The notes: a model not told the origin generated them from the letters alone. 61,669 nt of DNA, filler included, from Vannella sp. (GCA_023345925.1; 7 parts of 7 records of this genome joined end to end with filler, not necessarily neighbours in it); one strand, 5' to 3'. Counted from the first letter of the whole stretch, positions 34,595 to 48,327 are shown. Program-made: numbers and translations.

Positions 34595-37500
34595 CTAACG
34601 CTTCAAATGGTTGATGAAGCGGATGCCAAGGAAGGTCAAGAGGATGAAGAAGGAAGAGAACAAGGCGATGGCAGCAACATCAAGACCAGCATAGTGGTAG
34701 GTCGTGTTCATGGTGAAGTGTTGCGCGAGGAAGCCTGCACCGTCTTGAATGGGACAATAGCTCTGGAAAAGAGAGTCACTAGACTGTTCAAGGGAGTGGG
34801 GGGTGGGACTTACCATGTACGTTTCGCCCACTTTAATGTAGACATTCTGCTCGTCAGTGCATTTGAATGTCAAGCCGACCATCTGATTGATGGAAAGGGC
34901 CTCAAGAGGATACTAAGGAAGGTAGAATGAGCGGGAGTTCCCAATAGATTGGGAGGAGCTTACCTTGTAGTAGGACAGGTAATGGAGCCATCTCCAGTAG
35001 GGAGGGATACTAAGCTTGGGAATGATAAACCCAGCAAAGAGGGAGAACATGGAAGTGGACACGCCAATAATGGTATTCGCCACCTCCGTCGTCGCCACAC
35101 AACTGGCCACGGCCATGGCATAGAAGGTACACGCAAAGGCAGTCATCGTGTACACGAGAATGAAGAACACATAGCGAACAGCTGGATCAGAGAAGCCCGA
35201 GTTAGTCATGCACATCAAGTACACAATCGTGCCGAAAGTGAGCACAGTAACGACGACCAAGGGAATCTCCGCCAAGATCTGAGCCACAAAGTAAGCGAAT
35301 GGTCTCAAGAAGGAAGGCTTCTCTCGGTAGTACACAGAGCGCTGCAGAATAAGGCCAGGGACGGCGGTGATGGCACCCAGCGCACAGAAAACGATGCTGA
35401 AGTAGATCAAAGCCACACGATTGCGAGCGCCAGTCTGATACGTGTCCAGTTGGAAGTACAAAGTGCCCAAGATCAAGGACATCACAAAATACATCAAAAA
35501 GTACGACCGAATGACCGTTGGTTGACGGTACTTGTTCATGAATGACCGGCGGATACTCAAAAGCATCTGTGGGAAGAGGCCAACAGAGTAGGGAGACGTG
35601 AAACCGGTGGGGGAATGTCCGGTCTTCTTAGAGTTGCTCGTATTGACTTCCGATTCATGGACCATTTCGTCCATCTTCTCCACCAGAGACTGGAACTCAG
35701 TCGAGTTCAGCCAAGTGGCGTCGCAGTCAAAGTCTTCTGGAATGGAGAAGCCAGCCGAAGGGTCGTCATCGCGCGGTCCGATTCCGGCACCAGAGCACTC
35801 CAATGCAAAGTCAGCGGGGTTCTTATCATCGTCACAAGAGAGCCCGTGGCGCTTGAAGAAGTCGAGCATGGTGCGAGCCCTCTCACCCAACGGGCCAAAG
35901 TAGATCGTTTGACCTCCTGGGCGGAGGAGAAGGAGCCAATCAAACAGGCAGAAGAGGTCTGCGCTGGGTTGATGGATGGTACAGATCACAGGAACACCAG
36001 TGTTAGCGACAATGCGAGCTGTTTCCATGACAGAGGCAGCTGCTTGAGAGTCCAAACCACTGGTAGGCTCATCCAAGAAGAAGATGGATGGCTCTGCTAC
36101 CAGCTCAGCAGCGATGGAGAGCTTCTTTCGAAGCTCCATGCTCAATCCCCCTGTCTCAGGATCACCCACAAGGCGATTGGCAACGTCCCGAAGGTGGAGT
36201 TGGTCAATTGTCTCTTGGACCCGGCGGAGCTTCTCTGCATGGGGAATGTCTGCTCTAAGGCGCATCAGGGCGCTGTACTGGAGAGTTTCACGAACAGTCA
36301 AAGTCGGGAGGAACACGTTGCTCTGCTCCACATAGCCCACCAGCCGGTTGTAGTACTTGTCCTTAAAGTTACCGTTAACAATCATATCTCCCTCCATGCG
36401 CCCGCCCGTCTTGCGCTGTGCAAGTACATCCAAAAGAGTGGTCTTTCCAGCACCAGTAGCGCCCATCAGGGCGATCATGCGGCCAGCTGGAGCATATCCC
36501 ATGACATCATAAAGAAGCTGCTTCCACTTCTTGCGACGGAGGATCTTATCCATGCCACTGGCAATGTCAACAGAGTAGTTGAGATGGCTGAACACGAGAC
36601 TGGCACCCATACCACCTGATGGAGGAGGGGAGTAAAGCGGAATGCCCGACCCTTCGTTGACAACCCCAGAGAGGTTGTAGTCCTCATCATCACGCACATA
36701 CTCAATGATGTTGCCCTCCTGACGGCTCCTGTAGGCAGCCAAAGCCTCCTCTTCCTCCTTCTTACTCTTAGGACCAGAGCCTCCCCCGCTACTCCAATGC
36801 AGCAAGTCCAAGGCAAGGAAGGTGAGGAAGCAGAAGACAGCATAGAACACCACCAAGATGAAGGCATCAAGGAAGACGAAGCCACTCTTGGTAAAGAGAC
36901 CGTACTGCTCGAGAATGGCCTCACCGCTTGGGGTCGGGCACGTGTTCTGGCAAGCGCAGCCCACAATGTCAGCACAGAACTCATCGTCCCATGTACAATT
37001 GCAGCCAGGCATGCCAATGGCCTCGCAGAAGAGGATCGGTTCAGGAGAGGGAGGAACGACCTCGTCTGGTGCGCATTCGATCTTGAGATTGGCCAGTGTG
37101 TTGACGGAGAGGGACTCCAGAGTATACCGGAAGGGAGAGAGCACGTTCAGAGGCTTCCAGTAGAGAGGAATCGTGGACCGAGGGATCAAGAAGCCCGCAA
37201 ACACCAGCCAGATGCAGAGAACAGCTGGTGCTAAGGCACTGGCACCACCAAGGGAAGGTGTAATAGCAGCACAAAGGCGACAGAACTGCTTTGCGCACAA
37301 GTTGGTCATCAGCAGGACAAAGGCGAACATCACAAACTGGACCAACTGCTCGTACCACTCCCCATCGTTCATCCCTGTCATCCAGAAGACCAGAGTGGAG
37401 AAGATCATCCCCTCCAGGAAGGACAAAGGGATGTCCATCACCAGACTGGCCATAAAGTGAGAGATGGTGCGGTAGAAGTGAGCCGCTCGTTGATGATAGA

Positions 37501-39181
37501 AGATACGCCGCTCCTCGACCACCTGAGGCAGCGAGGCGATGGATCCCATGGCAGTGAAGGTGATGCAGAAGAAGACAAGAGAGATACGGTTGTTCCCACC
37601 TAGCTGGGTGTTAGGCATGTCCCAGAAGAGGGTTCCAATCAGCAAGGCGATGATAAGAGAGCGTAGAAGGCGGATGATCAATGCACGGCGGTTGCGGAAG
37701 AAGATGGTGGTGTTGCGTTGAGTGCAGAGCTTCATCTGAGTGCCCACATCCACCGCAAAGATGCGTTTGGAGGGGAGAACAGTCTTCTCCGGGGAAGTGG
37801 GCTTCACTCCGGTCCACAGAGCGCGCCCCACCTCCATGGAGATCTCGCTCGTGTGGTAGAAGTCCGCCAGGGACTGACCAGGGACCTTGTGAGCATTACG
37901 GTACTGCTGCTCTTCCACTGTACAGATGTCCAGAAGGAACTCTGCAACGTTCTTGTTCTTAGGGCGAGTGTATCCCGCTTGCTCAAAGTGCTCCACGCAG
38001 CGGTTGGTGGGTCCAAAGTAGGCGCATTCGCGCTTGTCCATGAGAATGAGCGAGTCAAATAGGTTGAAGAGCTCCTGGGAGGGCTGGAGGAGGGACACGA
38101 CGACGGGGATGCCGGCATCAGCAAGGTAGCGGAGAGACTTCATGATATCGTAGGACGCAGAGGAGTCAAGGCCAGTGGTTGGTTCGTCCATGAAGAGAAC
38201 AGAGGGACAAGAGACCATCTCCACACCAATACTGACTCGCTTACGCTCACCACCGCTCACACCACGAAGGAGTTCACCTCCAACGACGGTGTCGGCGACA
38301 TGACTGATCCCAAGCACGTCCATTACCACGTCCACACGCTCCAATCGCTTCTCCTGGTCCACAAGAGGGTGATTGCGAAGGTTGCTGCTGAAGGTGAGGG
38401 CCTCACGGACAGTCAGAAGGGCTAAGGAACATGGTGAGCAGCGAACAAAGGGGAACCATTCCACCTACGAATGTGGAAGTCGTCCTGAGCAACGTAGCCA
38501 GAGATGCGGTTAAAGTCAGAGGTCCAAGTGCTGCCATTGATGAGGATCTCGCCAGACATCTTCGCAGTCTGCCCAACTTCTTTCCGGCCTGCCAAGATCT
38601 CCAGCTAACGCGAGCATCAGGACAGTGATCTTCTGTTCGATAGGGGAGCTTACTAAGGTGGTTTTGCCCGCTCCTGGAGGGCCAAGGAGGAGAGTGAGCA
38701 TGCCGGGCTGCCAACATGTCAGGAAAAGGGGAGAGATGGGCTCTTCTGCAACCTACTTTGATGTATCCGGATACTCGGTGGAGGAGGTGATGTGGGATAG
38801 GTTTGGGACGCTTCCAGAACTGAAAGAGGCTCTTAGCATTGCTGATCAAAGTGCCCTGCTCAGATTGGGGCTATGAGAGAAGGTGAGAATGATCCTCGAG
38901 GCTATCAGATGGTGATAGAGATGTGTAGTACCTGTTGCATCACTGTGAAGGTCAAATTACTCCAAGAAAGAGTGATGCCGCTGTCCATGCCAAGGCGCTT
39001 CATCTCAGCGCGGCAGTATTCTCCAAAGTTGATACCAGTGCCTGCTCCTATTAGCCATCTCGTCCAAGTGAAGATGGCAAGGCCTACCCGGTTGATAACG
39101 GCGGCTGTACTTCTCCAAAAGAAGGTCATCATCCTCACGAGGCTCGAATGGCGCCGCGTTGCGGAGATTGGCCATGCTCAT
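34595..39181 (-). CDS. Full-size ABCG/PDR-type transporter (NBD-TMD-NBD-TMD)
   Basis: GPPGAGKTT, VSGGERKRVSIG, MDEPTTGLDS; GATGAGKTTLLDVLA, LSMELRKKLSIA, LDEPTSGLD; two TMDs. Confidence 0.96.
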
Positions 39182-39756
39182 TTTCACCGCACTCCTCTAT
39201 AAGATAAACAGATGAGAGGGTGAGGCTGAGCAGTACTCTCGCTCCGGGAAACCAACGACTGACCAAGTTTGCTTGGAAAGTTCCAAATTCCGTTCTGAAC
39301 CAAGTCAAGGATACCTATTAATTATGAGACAATAAGTTAACTAACCTCCCTTGGGGTGGAATTCAATCTTCTCTACGATCCACGCGTTCTGTTGGAGGAT
39401 TGCGCGTAGGAGGTGACTCTGCTTTTCACCCTATCCAGGCGAGAATGGAAGGCTTTCTTGATGCTCTCGCCGCCTTTGGGATGGAGCTCGTATGTTCCTT
39501 GATGTTCTTCGAGCTGGCTGCCCCTCCTTTCCTGATGGCCTGTTCTTTGATCTTGCTCGAACTCGAAGCGAGCTTGCTCTCTTTACTGATTCCTTGGCTA
39601 TTTATCAGCATTCCTCTATCGTTTGCTCCCTACTCTTTGGTGAAGAGTGCAAACAAGTCGCAGTCTTCTAGAATATGGCGCTCATTCATCTTGAGCAAGG
39701 GTCATTCCAAGAAGCAATCGTCATTGCGGGGCATTTGAAAGCAAAGCGGGTACCCG

Positions 39757-39856
39757 NNNNNNNNNNNNNNNNNNNNNNNNNNNNNNNNNNNNNNNNNNNN
39801 TTAATTAATTAANNNNNNNNNNNNNNNNNNNNNNNNNNNNNNNNNNNNNNNNNNNN
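39757..39856. other. Artificial contig linker
   Basis: N44-TTAATTAATTAA-N44. Confidence 0.98.
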
Positions 39857-42800
39857 CGTTGACGGTTGTTGCAGTCTGCGATCATGTTTGGGGAGCCTTA
39901 TGAAGAGGATGATGATAGTGATGAGGATCCCACATTTGAAGACCCTGCTGAGGCGGAAAGAAGGTGGGTTTCTCCCGATCCTCCCCTGCAACTGGCTCAA
40001 GACCGCAAAGGAGCCTAGGGAAGCGGCGTCGTACCTTCGCAAATCCTCAAGAGGAAGAAGCTTACACTCCCAAGAGACCTCGTTCTGATAGTTCGGGGTG
40101 GTTAGCTGCTAGTTCTTCTAATGGACAGCACACAGGAAGATCTTCCCCGAGTGAGTGGCGAGTCTACAGGGCTGGAGCGCTCCAAACAGCTAACCAAAGC
40201 CTCCTTAGGTGCTCTGAGTCAGTTTCAGCAAGGACTACAGAGGAACTACCAATATAGGGGATCTTCTGATAGTTCTTCGGCACTCTCACAGCAGGCAGGC
40301 CCAATGATCTCGAGTGACGTGGCCAAAACGAGTCAACTCTCTGAAGAAGAGACTGCCAAAGCATTGGCTACTGAGACTGAGGTCAAACAATACCTCTTCG
40401 AGCACTTCCAGCGAGTCAGCATGGGATCCTATCCTCGAGAGGCCTCTCTGGCGATCCTCAAGGACAAGATACGAGAGAATCCAGATCTTGTACAAGCTTT
40501 GGGACGAATTCAAGCCAAGGCAGCAGCCAAGGGAGCTCCTGCAGGTGGCGGCGTTTTGAGGAGAAGCATTCAAAGCAACCTTCGATGGCCACAGGTTCAG
40601 AGAGTTTCTGGAAACGGAGGATCCTTTGCATTTCAGAGCCGCCCAGATCCTCCACTCGTTCGCCAGAAGTTGAATGCACAAATGGCGAGCTCTTTGTTGA
40701 AGCAAAGTGAAGGCAGTGCGATCAATTCAGCATTCCGCGACTCTTTTGAGAGCGAAGTGAGCAAGATTTCAGAAACTGAGCTCAACCAGATGAACGAGAT
40801 CGATAGAAACATGTACTTTACCCTCCGAAAGTGTGAAAGCATCGCCATTCGCCTTCGCCACGCGTTGCACGACAATCTCCAAGGCATTCTTGAGACGAAT
40901 TCTCTTGCTGTAGGTGCTAATAAGGATCAATGGACCAGAAAAGATCTTCTTACCTTTCGGGATACAGTCTTTGAAGCAGTCACAGAACGAGGAAGCTCAG
41001 GCAAACGGTACAGAAGTTCCAGAACCCGAGGAAAAGGTGGAAGAAAAGCGCAAGGGGGGCGAACATATCGTTACAGAACAGCCAGAAATGCTTCAGCTGG
41101 CCCTGAAAGAGTACCAATTGGTGGTAAGTTGCCTCTCCACCCAAGACCAAGTCAATAACCTTCAACCAGGGACTGAATTGGCTCAATTTGTTGCACGTGG
41201 AGAATATTAATGGCATTCTTGCTGATGAGATGGGTCTTGGTAAGACCATTCAAACCATCTCTCTCCTTGCCTTAGTCCACGAACGGGAGAAACCGAGAAT
41301 CCCACATCTTGTTATCTGCCCTTCGACAAGTAAGTTTCCTTCCAGTTTCTCTGCACTCCATTACTGACAGAGACAACTAAAGCCTTGGCGAATTGGCTTC
41401 GTGAGATCCAAAAGTGGTGTCCTCAGTTCCGAGTCTTGGCTTACTACGGCGCAACTTCTGAGCGAGAGAGCATTCGCACTCAAATAATGACTGACGGCTT
41501 TGACATTATTGTGACGACTTACAAGATTGCTGGTCAGAAGAAGGATCGTCTGTTCTTGAAGCGAGTGCAGTTCTGCTACGTCGTTCTGGATGAGGCTCAA
41601 GGGATTAAGAACAAGGACTCTTTGCGCCATCAAGGACTTCGAAAGTTGAATTCCCAGCACAGACTCCTTCTAACTGGCACCCCGCTCCAAAACAACCTGG
41701 ACGAGCTGTGGGCCCTCCTTCAGTTCATCATGCCTGACGTATTTGACTATGATTTGGACCTTGCGAATGAAGACCAAGAGGACGAAGAAAAGAACACCAA
41801 ACGAGTGAACCGTATGAAGGCGATAATGGCACCTTTTGTATTGCGCCGTCTCAAACAACATGTCTCTCGTGACCTGCCTTCCAAGAGCGAAGTGATTAGT
41901 CCATGTGATATGACTGCAACTCAGAAAGAGTTGTATTCCTTGTGCGTACAGCAATCTCGAGGCTGGTGGGAGCGCATGAAGAACAACCCATCAATGAATG
42001 AGGTCGTCGAAGTGAGCTTCCCTGAAGAAGACGTTCCAAGTGATTCAGAAAATCTGGAGGAAACAGAAGCAGAGACAGAGTCAAAGCGGCAGCGTGGTTG
42101 GAACATTCCAAAGCAAGCTGCGCCAGCACTCGTTCGTTCCAATATTGCGACGAGAACGTTGAGTAACGTTTTCATGGAGTTGAGGAAGATCTCCAATCAC
42201 CCACTCCTCGTGCGCACATACTACACCGATGAGGCGATCGACTCCATTGTCGACCACCTGATGACTTTGGACGAGAATAAGAAGAAACGCCGAGAGCAAG
42301 TGCTGGACGACGTCACAGAAAAGTCTGATTTCCGCATTCACCAGATTTGCAGAGAGAAGCCTGCTTTGGCTCGCTACATGCTGTCTCCTCAACAGATCTT
42401 GGGGAGTGGGAAAGTCCAAGCAATGAAGACTCTCCTTCAGCAACTCCATGCTGAAGGCCACCGAGTCCTCATCTTCTCTCAGATGACGCGCGTGCTAGAT
42501 ATCCTGCAAGAGGTGCTGGGATTGTGGGACTATGACCATATCCGTTTGGATGGGCAGACACCTGTAGAGACACGCCAGGCACTAATTGACACGTTCAATT
42601 CAGATCCCAGTGTATTCATCTTCTTGCTCTCCACCCGTGCTGGTGGTGTGGGCATCAACTTGACCTCAGCTGACACTGTTATCTTCTACGATATCGCGTT
42701 TAACCCGCAAGTAGATCGCCAAGCTGAAGACAGATGCCATCGATTTGGCCAGGTGCGACCTGTGACCATTTACAAGCTCATTGCAGCTCGCACAGTTGAC

Positions 42801-42991
42801 CAAAACATGTTGGACATGGCAGAGCGGAAGGCAGAGCTCAACGATGTGATGCTGGAAGAGGTAAGTCTCACTTCTCACAATCCTTGGAGGAGATCTAATC
42901 TGGCTGGCCGCAGGGAAAGAAGAAAAAGGAGAGTACCAAGGTGTGGCAGTTGCGTTCTTTGCTCTCTTCTGTCTTTGAAGAGATCCAATAG
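39857..42991 (+). CDS. SMARCAD1: SNF2-family remodeler, SMARCAD1/Fun30/ETL1 type; 5' end probably truncated
   Basis: [63 protein letters not shown]. Confidence 0.88.
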
Positions 42992-43355
42992 GAACTCAAT
43001 CGATGCTCTTTCTTTCCCTGTAGAAGTTATTATACCAATGAACGGACTTCTGAGCACATTGAGACTGATGGCGTATACTAAGCTGGACTCCTTCTTTGCA
43101 AGCGGAGGGGCTCCGTGAAGGAGTTGAGGGAGAGGAGCTTCGTTTTTGTCTTTCCTTCTCCTTTCTGGTTCCCAGATGCTCCCTCGCGCCTCTTCCTTGG
43201 TTTGTAAATGAGCATTGCTTACTCTTGGCTTCACTCTTCCTTGCACAAGGTGGAGGAGGGAGTGTGTCACGGAATGGAGACTTGAGTAATCTGACGACTC
43301 TCACTTCTACGAACCCACATTCGCAAAGGCGACATTCCTGAAGGAATCTCGTGCG

Positions 43356-44549
43356 TTAAAGGGGATTTATCGAAGGTTTGGCTCGAATGGGAGGAGTGGA
43401 GGCCTGAACGCGCTCTGTCTTGCGGAACGCAGAAAGATCAGTGATAGAAGGCTTCTTGAAGAAAGAACGCCGCTTGGGAGACTCATCGGGGACTTCCCAA
43501 GGGACATGATGAGTGTGAATGAGTTCGTGAATGAGTTTGTTCTGGAACAGCGGGTTCGTGTGACGGACAATCGCTTCTTCTGGGTTGGGAACCTGCCACG
43601 CTTGCTTATGGTTCTCGAGAAAGAACTGAGCGCGCGCGCTTCGGAAGAGCGGGTTCTCTGTTCGAGTCTCTTTTTCCCCTCCCGTCGGGGAATTTCCCTT
43701 CTTGTTCGCCAGACCCCTCCCGTGGAGGGATTGAGAAGAGATAAGCATGGGAGGGTATACTGGGTAGGGTATAGGAGACCCACCATCCCCTAAGTGAGGA
43801 GGAATACCCTCTGAAAGATCCTCGTCTGTGAATCCAGAGCTGTGATCGCAGTCAATGATGGTGGGATCGTCATCTTCTAGAAATACAGAGTTAGAGTAAG
43901 AGTCTACCGTGCGGTCACGCCCGCCAGAATCATCCCCGGATGTCTCAGCTTTGCGTGAGTCAGATATTCGAGTGCGTTCTCGCCCCATGGATGCGAGGGG
44001 GTACTGCCGTGGGATTGTACGGTTAGGCTTGGCTTTCTTTGTGATAAGTGGCGTGGCAGGGAGGGACAGGGGGCGCGCTGTAACCTGCATTTGCTTCCGG
44101 CAGATCCGATAACACGTGGGCGACAGAGGTACACGGCTTCTATGGACCTCCCGTGCCCGTGTGTGTAGTTCAGGGTCACGCAGGTCCTTTGATAACATCC
44201 TCCGGACCTCTGGTGACGAAGAGCTGAGGCTCCAAGCCGCAACATTCTCGTTCGCGTGTTCCAGCAAAGGAGCGCTCCCATCAAAGTCCATCATCGACGA
44301 GGAGCGCATCCTCATACCCTTGTGTGTATGATGCTTCTTCACATCCTCATCCAGCTGCGCTAACTCTCCCAAAGAGCGAGAGATAGGGATGCCATAAAGC
44401 TCCTTCGCGCAGTTCTCTCGCGGAGACTCGAAGATCGAGTTCCCTCGCCGCTCAAACACATCCTCCATCGATACATCATCCAAAGTACTACTCCGAGGAC
44501 CAAAGTACACCTCACGGGAGGACAAGGGCTCGACCCCAGCATGTGACAT
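43356..44549 (-). CDS. Hypothetical, largely disordered protein with repeated NPLF...WxVP motif
   Basis: ~400-codon open frame, S/P/R-rich; two ~30-aa NPLF-x15-WxVP units. Confidence 0.7.
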   Translation of the reverse strand: MSHAGVEPLSSREVYFGPRSSTLDDVSMEDVFERRGNSIFESPRENCAKELYGIPISRSLGELAQLDEDVKKHHTHKGMRMRSSSMMDFDGSAPLLEHANENVAAWSLSSSSPEVRRMLSKDLRDPELHTRAREVHRSRVPLSPTCYRICRKQMQVTARPLSLPATPLITKKAKPNRTIPRQYPLASMGRERTRISDSRKAETSGDDSGGRDRTVDSYSNSVFLEDDDPTIIDCDHSSGFTDEDLSEGIPPHLGDGGSPIPYPVYPPMLISSQSLHGRGLANKKGNSPTGGEKETRTENPLFRSARAQFFLENHKQAWQVPNPEEAIVRHTNPLFQNKLIHELIHTHHVPWEVPDESPKRRSFFKKPSITDLSAFRKTERVQASTPPIRAKPSINPL

Positions 44550-44709
44550 GCCAGAGACTGCGTAACAATGCGCCAATCATTCTCTGAATCATTCTAATTT
44601 TAGAACCAGCTCGTCTTTGATCTTTGTCATTTAATTTGCGTGGGGAATTATAATTTGTTAATTATGGTGAAATGGGGGATATGGCAGAGCTCATTTTTGC
44701 TTGGACCTT

Positions 44710-46560
44710 CATGGGAGGCAGGAAGCTCGCTCTTTATCATGTGGAGAGTGAGTCGGAGGATTCTGATGGAGAGGATATGATGGAGGAGTTGGGGCTGGGA
44801 GGCGTAAAAGAGGACTCTGCAGGGGACTCTTCAGAGGAGGAGGAGGAGAAGCCCAGCCTGATGCCAACAAAAGAAGAGGATTCGTCTTCTGACGAGCAGA
44901 TGGACGACGAATCAGGTTCAGAAGAGGAGGAAGACGAGCCAGCAAAGCCTTCTAAAGCTCAAAAGGTGGAGATCAAGTCCTCTTCCAGCCAAGAGATGAA
45001 ACGGCAGATAGTTCCTTCCGTTTCCGCAGACTCTGAGCAGGAAAGCTCTGATGAAGACAGCCAGGCAGATGCAGATGCTGCCTTAGAGACCGAGAGTGAA
45101 GAAGAGAGCGATGATGAGCCGCTGGGCAAGATCAAGTTCGAATACATTCCCCCGAGCAGCTTTGCAGCCTGTTTCCCGCACATCTGTACGTTCCATGGGC
45201 AGCCACGATGCACATTATACATACTAACAAACTGGTGATCCAGTGAGCTTCCCTAAAGCACCTCTGCCGCCTACGTGCTTAAAAGACTCCGAGGATGTCA
45301 TGGACGAGGCGCAGGACAAGCTGCAGATCGAAGTACTCAAGCCAAAGAGGAACGATCTCTCTGTTATACACAACCGAGTGATCCTAGGCACTACCCAGCG
45401 CCTAGAATACGTCGGAACCAACTTCCATGGAGCTGATCACATCAACCGCCACGTCATTGGCGTCTTTGACAAGGCCAAACGCAAGATCAGGTTGATTGAT
45501 TCACCCCACATCTTCGCAATGGAGCAGCGGATCAAGTCTTTCGATGATCGCGAGACCGTGGTGACGGTGGAGGACCGCGTTCGGGGCAATAAGGAGTTGG
45601 TTCTGCAGTTTGGAAGCAAGAGATCACGCACCCTCTTGAATACGAGCGTTCGTAACCAAGTGCGTGCCGAGAACAACGTCGATCAAGGCACTTTGGAGAG
45701 CATGTCCAACTCCCTCAAGGAGAAAGCCAGCCAAACCATGCCTTTGGACGAGATTAAGAAGGGTGTGCGCTCTGATCTACCTCCCTATGACCCTCTGGGA
45801 GATACGAGAGAGAAGATCTACAACTTTGCGTCAAGTGAGTGGCGAGGCTAACCGTTTAGTCCTCATTGCTGACTCCCTTCTAGTTATACCGAAGAGCTTA
45901 GATGTTGAGCTGGCTAAGCACGCCAAGAGCATCCTCTCCAAGTCTCATACAGATCTTCAGGAGGCTGTTCTAGTGTCAGACGAGTATCCCAAGGCAGTCA
46001 TTGACCACTTCTCTGCCCTGGGAACCGTCAAGAACCGCAAAGAGTTTGCGAAAGGCATTATGCTAACAATCTATCTCATTAACTTCTACAAGTAGGCACT
46101 CCGCACTCTCCCAATGGCTCTAATCAAGGCGCACAGAAAGTGGAATCCCCGCTTCCATAAGCTCTCAGAGATGTCTCATCGAATGGGAGTGCCTGAAGGG
46201 GTACTTCCCTTCTTACTGCAGACCTTCACAGCCAAACAGACTATCTCCGAAGAGCGCCACCGCTTCGTGATGAATTCGAACCACAAAATCAAGCTCCTCA
46301 ACTACGTGTTCGTCTGCCACTTGGTGCTATCAGGCTATACGATGAAGCTCTCAGAGCTGATGAGAGAACTCCAAATGGACATCCGCACAACTCGCATGCA
46401 CGCCATCAAGGTGGGATGCACCGTCCATGGCGGCGGGAAAACTCCCCAGCGCAACAGCACAGACTTCGAAGGCGATGCTTTTGCCGTTCCAGAGATGACA
46501 GCATCCTTAAATCTTCCCTTCTCAGTCGCTGAGATGACTGGCCGACGAGAGCGCCGGTAA
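44710..46560 (+). CDS. POLR1E: RNA polymerase I subunit RPA49/PAF53 with acidic N-terminal extension; start uncertain
   Basis: LEYVGTN...RHVIGVFDK...IRL, LVLQFGSKRSR, LPPYD...IYNFASIIP, KLLNYVFVCHL, KVGC, ASLNLP. Confidence 0.75.
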
Positions 46561-46613
46561 ATCAATAGAGAAAATCTCTTTCCTCCAACATTCACCTTTT
46601 AGGCCGTAGCAAC

Positions 46614-47794
46614 TTAGATTCCGTACATCTCTCGAGTGTTCTCTCTTATCTGAATAAGCAAGACTTCAACTGGAATGTCCTTGAGCTCCGCAAGAAAGCG
46701 CGCCGTTTGGATGCACATTCCTGGATGAGACACTTTCCCTGGAAGTCCAGTTGGTACCATGTAAGGCGCATCGGTCTCCAATAGCAGCCGGTTCATCGGA
46801 ATAGCTCGCACTGCATCTTGGATTGAAGTGCTGGACGAATAGGTGACGACTCCTGTCTCCACGTTTGAGAGCGGAGCAAAAGGACGGAGAGTGTTGACTG
46901 GAACTCACCTGTAAAGCCAAAGAAGGCGTTGGGGAATGCTTCCATGAGATTAGCAGCCACTTGCGGGCCATCAGTAAAGCAGTGGATCTGCCGGAGAGGG
47001 ACAATAGAGTCACTAATCCTTCTTTAACGGTGCTTTTGAGTGCTTACGTGGATCTTATGGTCTGATGGCAAGGCTCTAGTGAGGACCATGAGGGTATCCG
47101 TTGCTGCACTACGTGAGTGAACAACTAAAGGCTTGTCTAGCTTGACGGCCATGAGAGCCTGACGCTCAAACACTGTCTTTGTGTGAGTGATGACGATGGG
47201 TGGAGCTGATTCGTACCCTCCAGCTGCACTGCTTTGGGTGACTCATTCTTGTAGTAATCTAGACCACATTCGCCCCATGCTAGAGCCTTGGGGTGCTTCA
47301 TACACTCTACAATGCGTTCCTCGACGGAGTCACTGTAGTTCTTAGCATGGTGGGGGTGGATACCGAAGCATCCATAGATACCAGTCTCGTTATCTAACAG
47401 ATCTCTCCACATCCCAAAGGATGGTGATAGAGCAGCCTCCCGCCCTGTCAACCCAAGAACTCCCGTTCACCAGGGTGCTCACAGGGTCGCAGAAGTTGGA
47501 GATACACGCTTCAAAAGAGGGTGCCAGAGCCTTGATCTTACGGTAGACACTGTCGTAAGAGGAGGTGCGGAACTTTTCAAAGAGATACTCGACATGGCAA
47601 TGCGAGTCGATGAAGCCAGGAAGGTTCTCGTCACCTGGATTCGCACTGGCTGTCTCTATCTTAGAACGACAGTCTGCTGCACGGTGGCCTTCTCTGCCAC
47701 AAGAAAAGCAAGAAGATCCTCCTCTCCCTCTATTCCCACGACCTCCTCTTCCTCCCCGGCCTCCTCGCCCTCCCCCAGTAGACCGCGCGGCCAT
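46614..47794 (-). CDS. TatD-family nuclease with N-terminal RGG tract and CCHC zinc knuckle (multi-exon)
   Basis: IDSHCH, FGIHPH, GECGLDY, VVHSR, IHCFT, LLLETDAPY. N-terminus GGRGGRGGRGGRGNRGRGG-SSCFSCGREGHRAADC. Confidence 0.92.
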
Positions 47795-48327
47795 CAAAGA
47801 ATAGCGTTTTATTGATTCTCAGCCTCTTACAACGCCCAACTAGAAATGGGAAGTCAAATGGCTTCGAAACGCACTAAACCACGTCCGCTGGCCTCCGTTA
47901 AAAAGTGCTTCTAAATTCGACTGACATCGATACGAATGATGATTTTATATGTTTTTAAGAGGGCTTCTTTTCCATCGTTTTGGGGACAGACAAAAATGAG
48001 CTGAAAGTCACAAAGGAGGTTGCCAAAGTGCAGTCTCCCGCCGGAATCACCGCTCTATAACGGCAACCAAGGGTACTATGCATAATTTGAACACAAAATC
48101 GTTTGCTTCTGACTTTCCACTCGGAAATGGGAAGGAGAACGCATCTTCCTTTCTTAACCAGAAATACACGGACCCCTTACCGACTTCCCTTCTTCGTCGA
48201 GGGCCTGGCGGAGGAATTGGAGCCTCTTGAGGGTACCAAGAAACCTTGAGAATGAGGGAAGACGAGGAGTTTCCAAGAAAGGCAAAGTGCGGAAGGAGGG
48301 CGAGGTAAAGTGGAGGTCATTTCTCGA

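Noticed and set aside
35615..36619. Long plus-strand ORFs opposite ABCG, and similar ones opposite CYC1 (3122-3964) and LSG1
   Set aside because: Antisense frames kept open by codon bias; no motifs.
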